NCBI RefSeq assembly: GCF_963921235.1
Contig: NC_086097.1
Coordinates: 85,996,001-86,060,000 of the forward strand
Origin: Mobula hypostoma
Lineage: Eukaryota
Direction of reading: 5' to 3'
DNA: 64,000 nt
Below are positions 63,200 through 64,000 of the stretch, one piece after another (within the stretch, counting starts at the first letter, position 1; each line of letters starts with the position of its first letter). The notes under the pieces were generated by a model that did no database searches, had not been told where the DNA came from, and worked only from the letters and a program-made list of their open reading frames with translations. The translations under genes and the position numbers were made by a program.

Positions 63200-63650
63200 A
63201 TCTTCATTTATTATCACTATCACATGCTGTGTACTTTGTTGTTTTGCAGCAGCAAGGACAACAAAAAATTGCTGTAAATTACAATATGAAATAGGAAAAC
63301 ATAAACTGTGCGAAAATTGAGGTAGTGTTCATGGTCTGTGAGAAATCTGATAGTGGAGGGGGAGCAACTGTTCCTAAAACATGTAGACTGTGCTTTCTGG
63401 CTCTTGCACCTCCTCCCTGGTGGTAGCAAAGAGAAGAGGGCATGGCCTGGGTGGTGAGGGACTTTAATGAAGGATGACACCCTGTCGAGGCATATTGAAG
63501 ATGTCCTTGGTGGTGGGGAGGCTAGGCCCATAATGGAACTGGCTGAGTTTACAACCCTCTGCAGATTTTTCTGATCCTGTGCATTGGTGCCTCCTTATCC
63601 TAGACAGTGATTCAACCAGTCAGAATTCTCTCCACAGTGCATCTGTTCAA
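63200..63650 (-). mobile_element. Rex1/Babar-type LINE 3' end
   Basis: IKVPHHPGHALFSLLPPGRRCKS...FRNSCSPSTIRFL. Confidence 0.78.
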
Positions 63651-64000
63651 CCTTTTGCGTTCTATTAAAATATAAAGTACTCTTTTTATTTTGGTATACT
63701 GGCTTATTACTCATTCTATTTTAAATATGTACGTGGCACATAGAAGAATCAACTGAAAAAAAAATTCACCGACCAACAGTGTTGAATAATCACTGTTTCA
63801 GGACACCTTGCAGACTGTATTTTTCCCAGATCTGTATTCTTCTGACTGCTTTCTGTTGCCACATATCGTGCACACAGAGCTTAACTAGAATTGATTCCCT
63901 GTACTATCGCTGATTATCCATTGCTATTATAAGAACATAAAATGAAGCAGGAATCATTCCCTGAAGTCTGCTGTGCAACTCAACAAGATCATGGCTAATC

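Overview
Vertebrate nuclear DNA, most likely from a cartilaginous fish (ray/shark; inferred from the HE1/V-SINE-like, CR1, Rex1/Babar and Penelope repeat set). The only host coding sequence I can support is one 183-bp internal exon of a TTC9-family TPR gene (44457-44639, +). Its flanking exons were not found, so the window appears to be intronic. Most of the rest is transposable elements: several near-full-length CR1 LINEs (including a four-layer nest at 36.8-44.0 kb), Rex1/Babar LINEs, RTE and L1 fragments, V-SINEs, a tRNA-SINE, hAT and mariner-like MITEs, and an internally deleted Gypsy-type LTR element with LTRs, PBS, PPT and TSD. The most interesting signals are (i) Penelope-like retroelement pieces carrying minimal hammerhead ribozymes, two of them inserted as TSD-bounded fold-back palindromes (201 bp and 1035 bp) with the same asymmetric design; (ii) a ~375-bp TSD-bounded retroposon with a structured non-tRNA 5' head; (iii) a non-autonomous LTR family whose two copies share loss of the protease catalytic motif; and (iv) a candidate antisense first exon. 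Family names come from motif recognition, not database searches. Repeat boundaries without TSDs are approximate.
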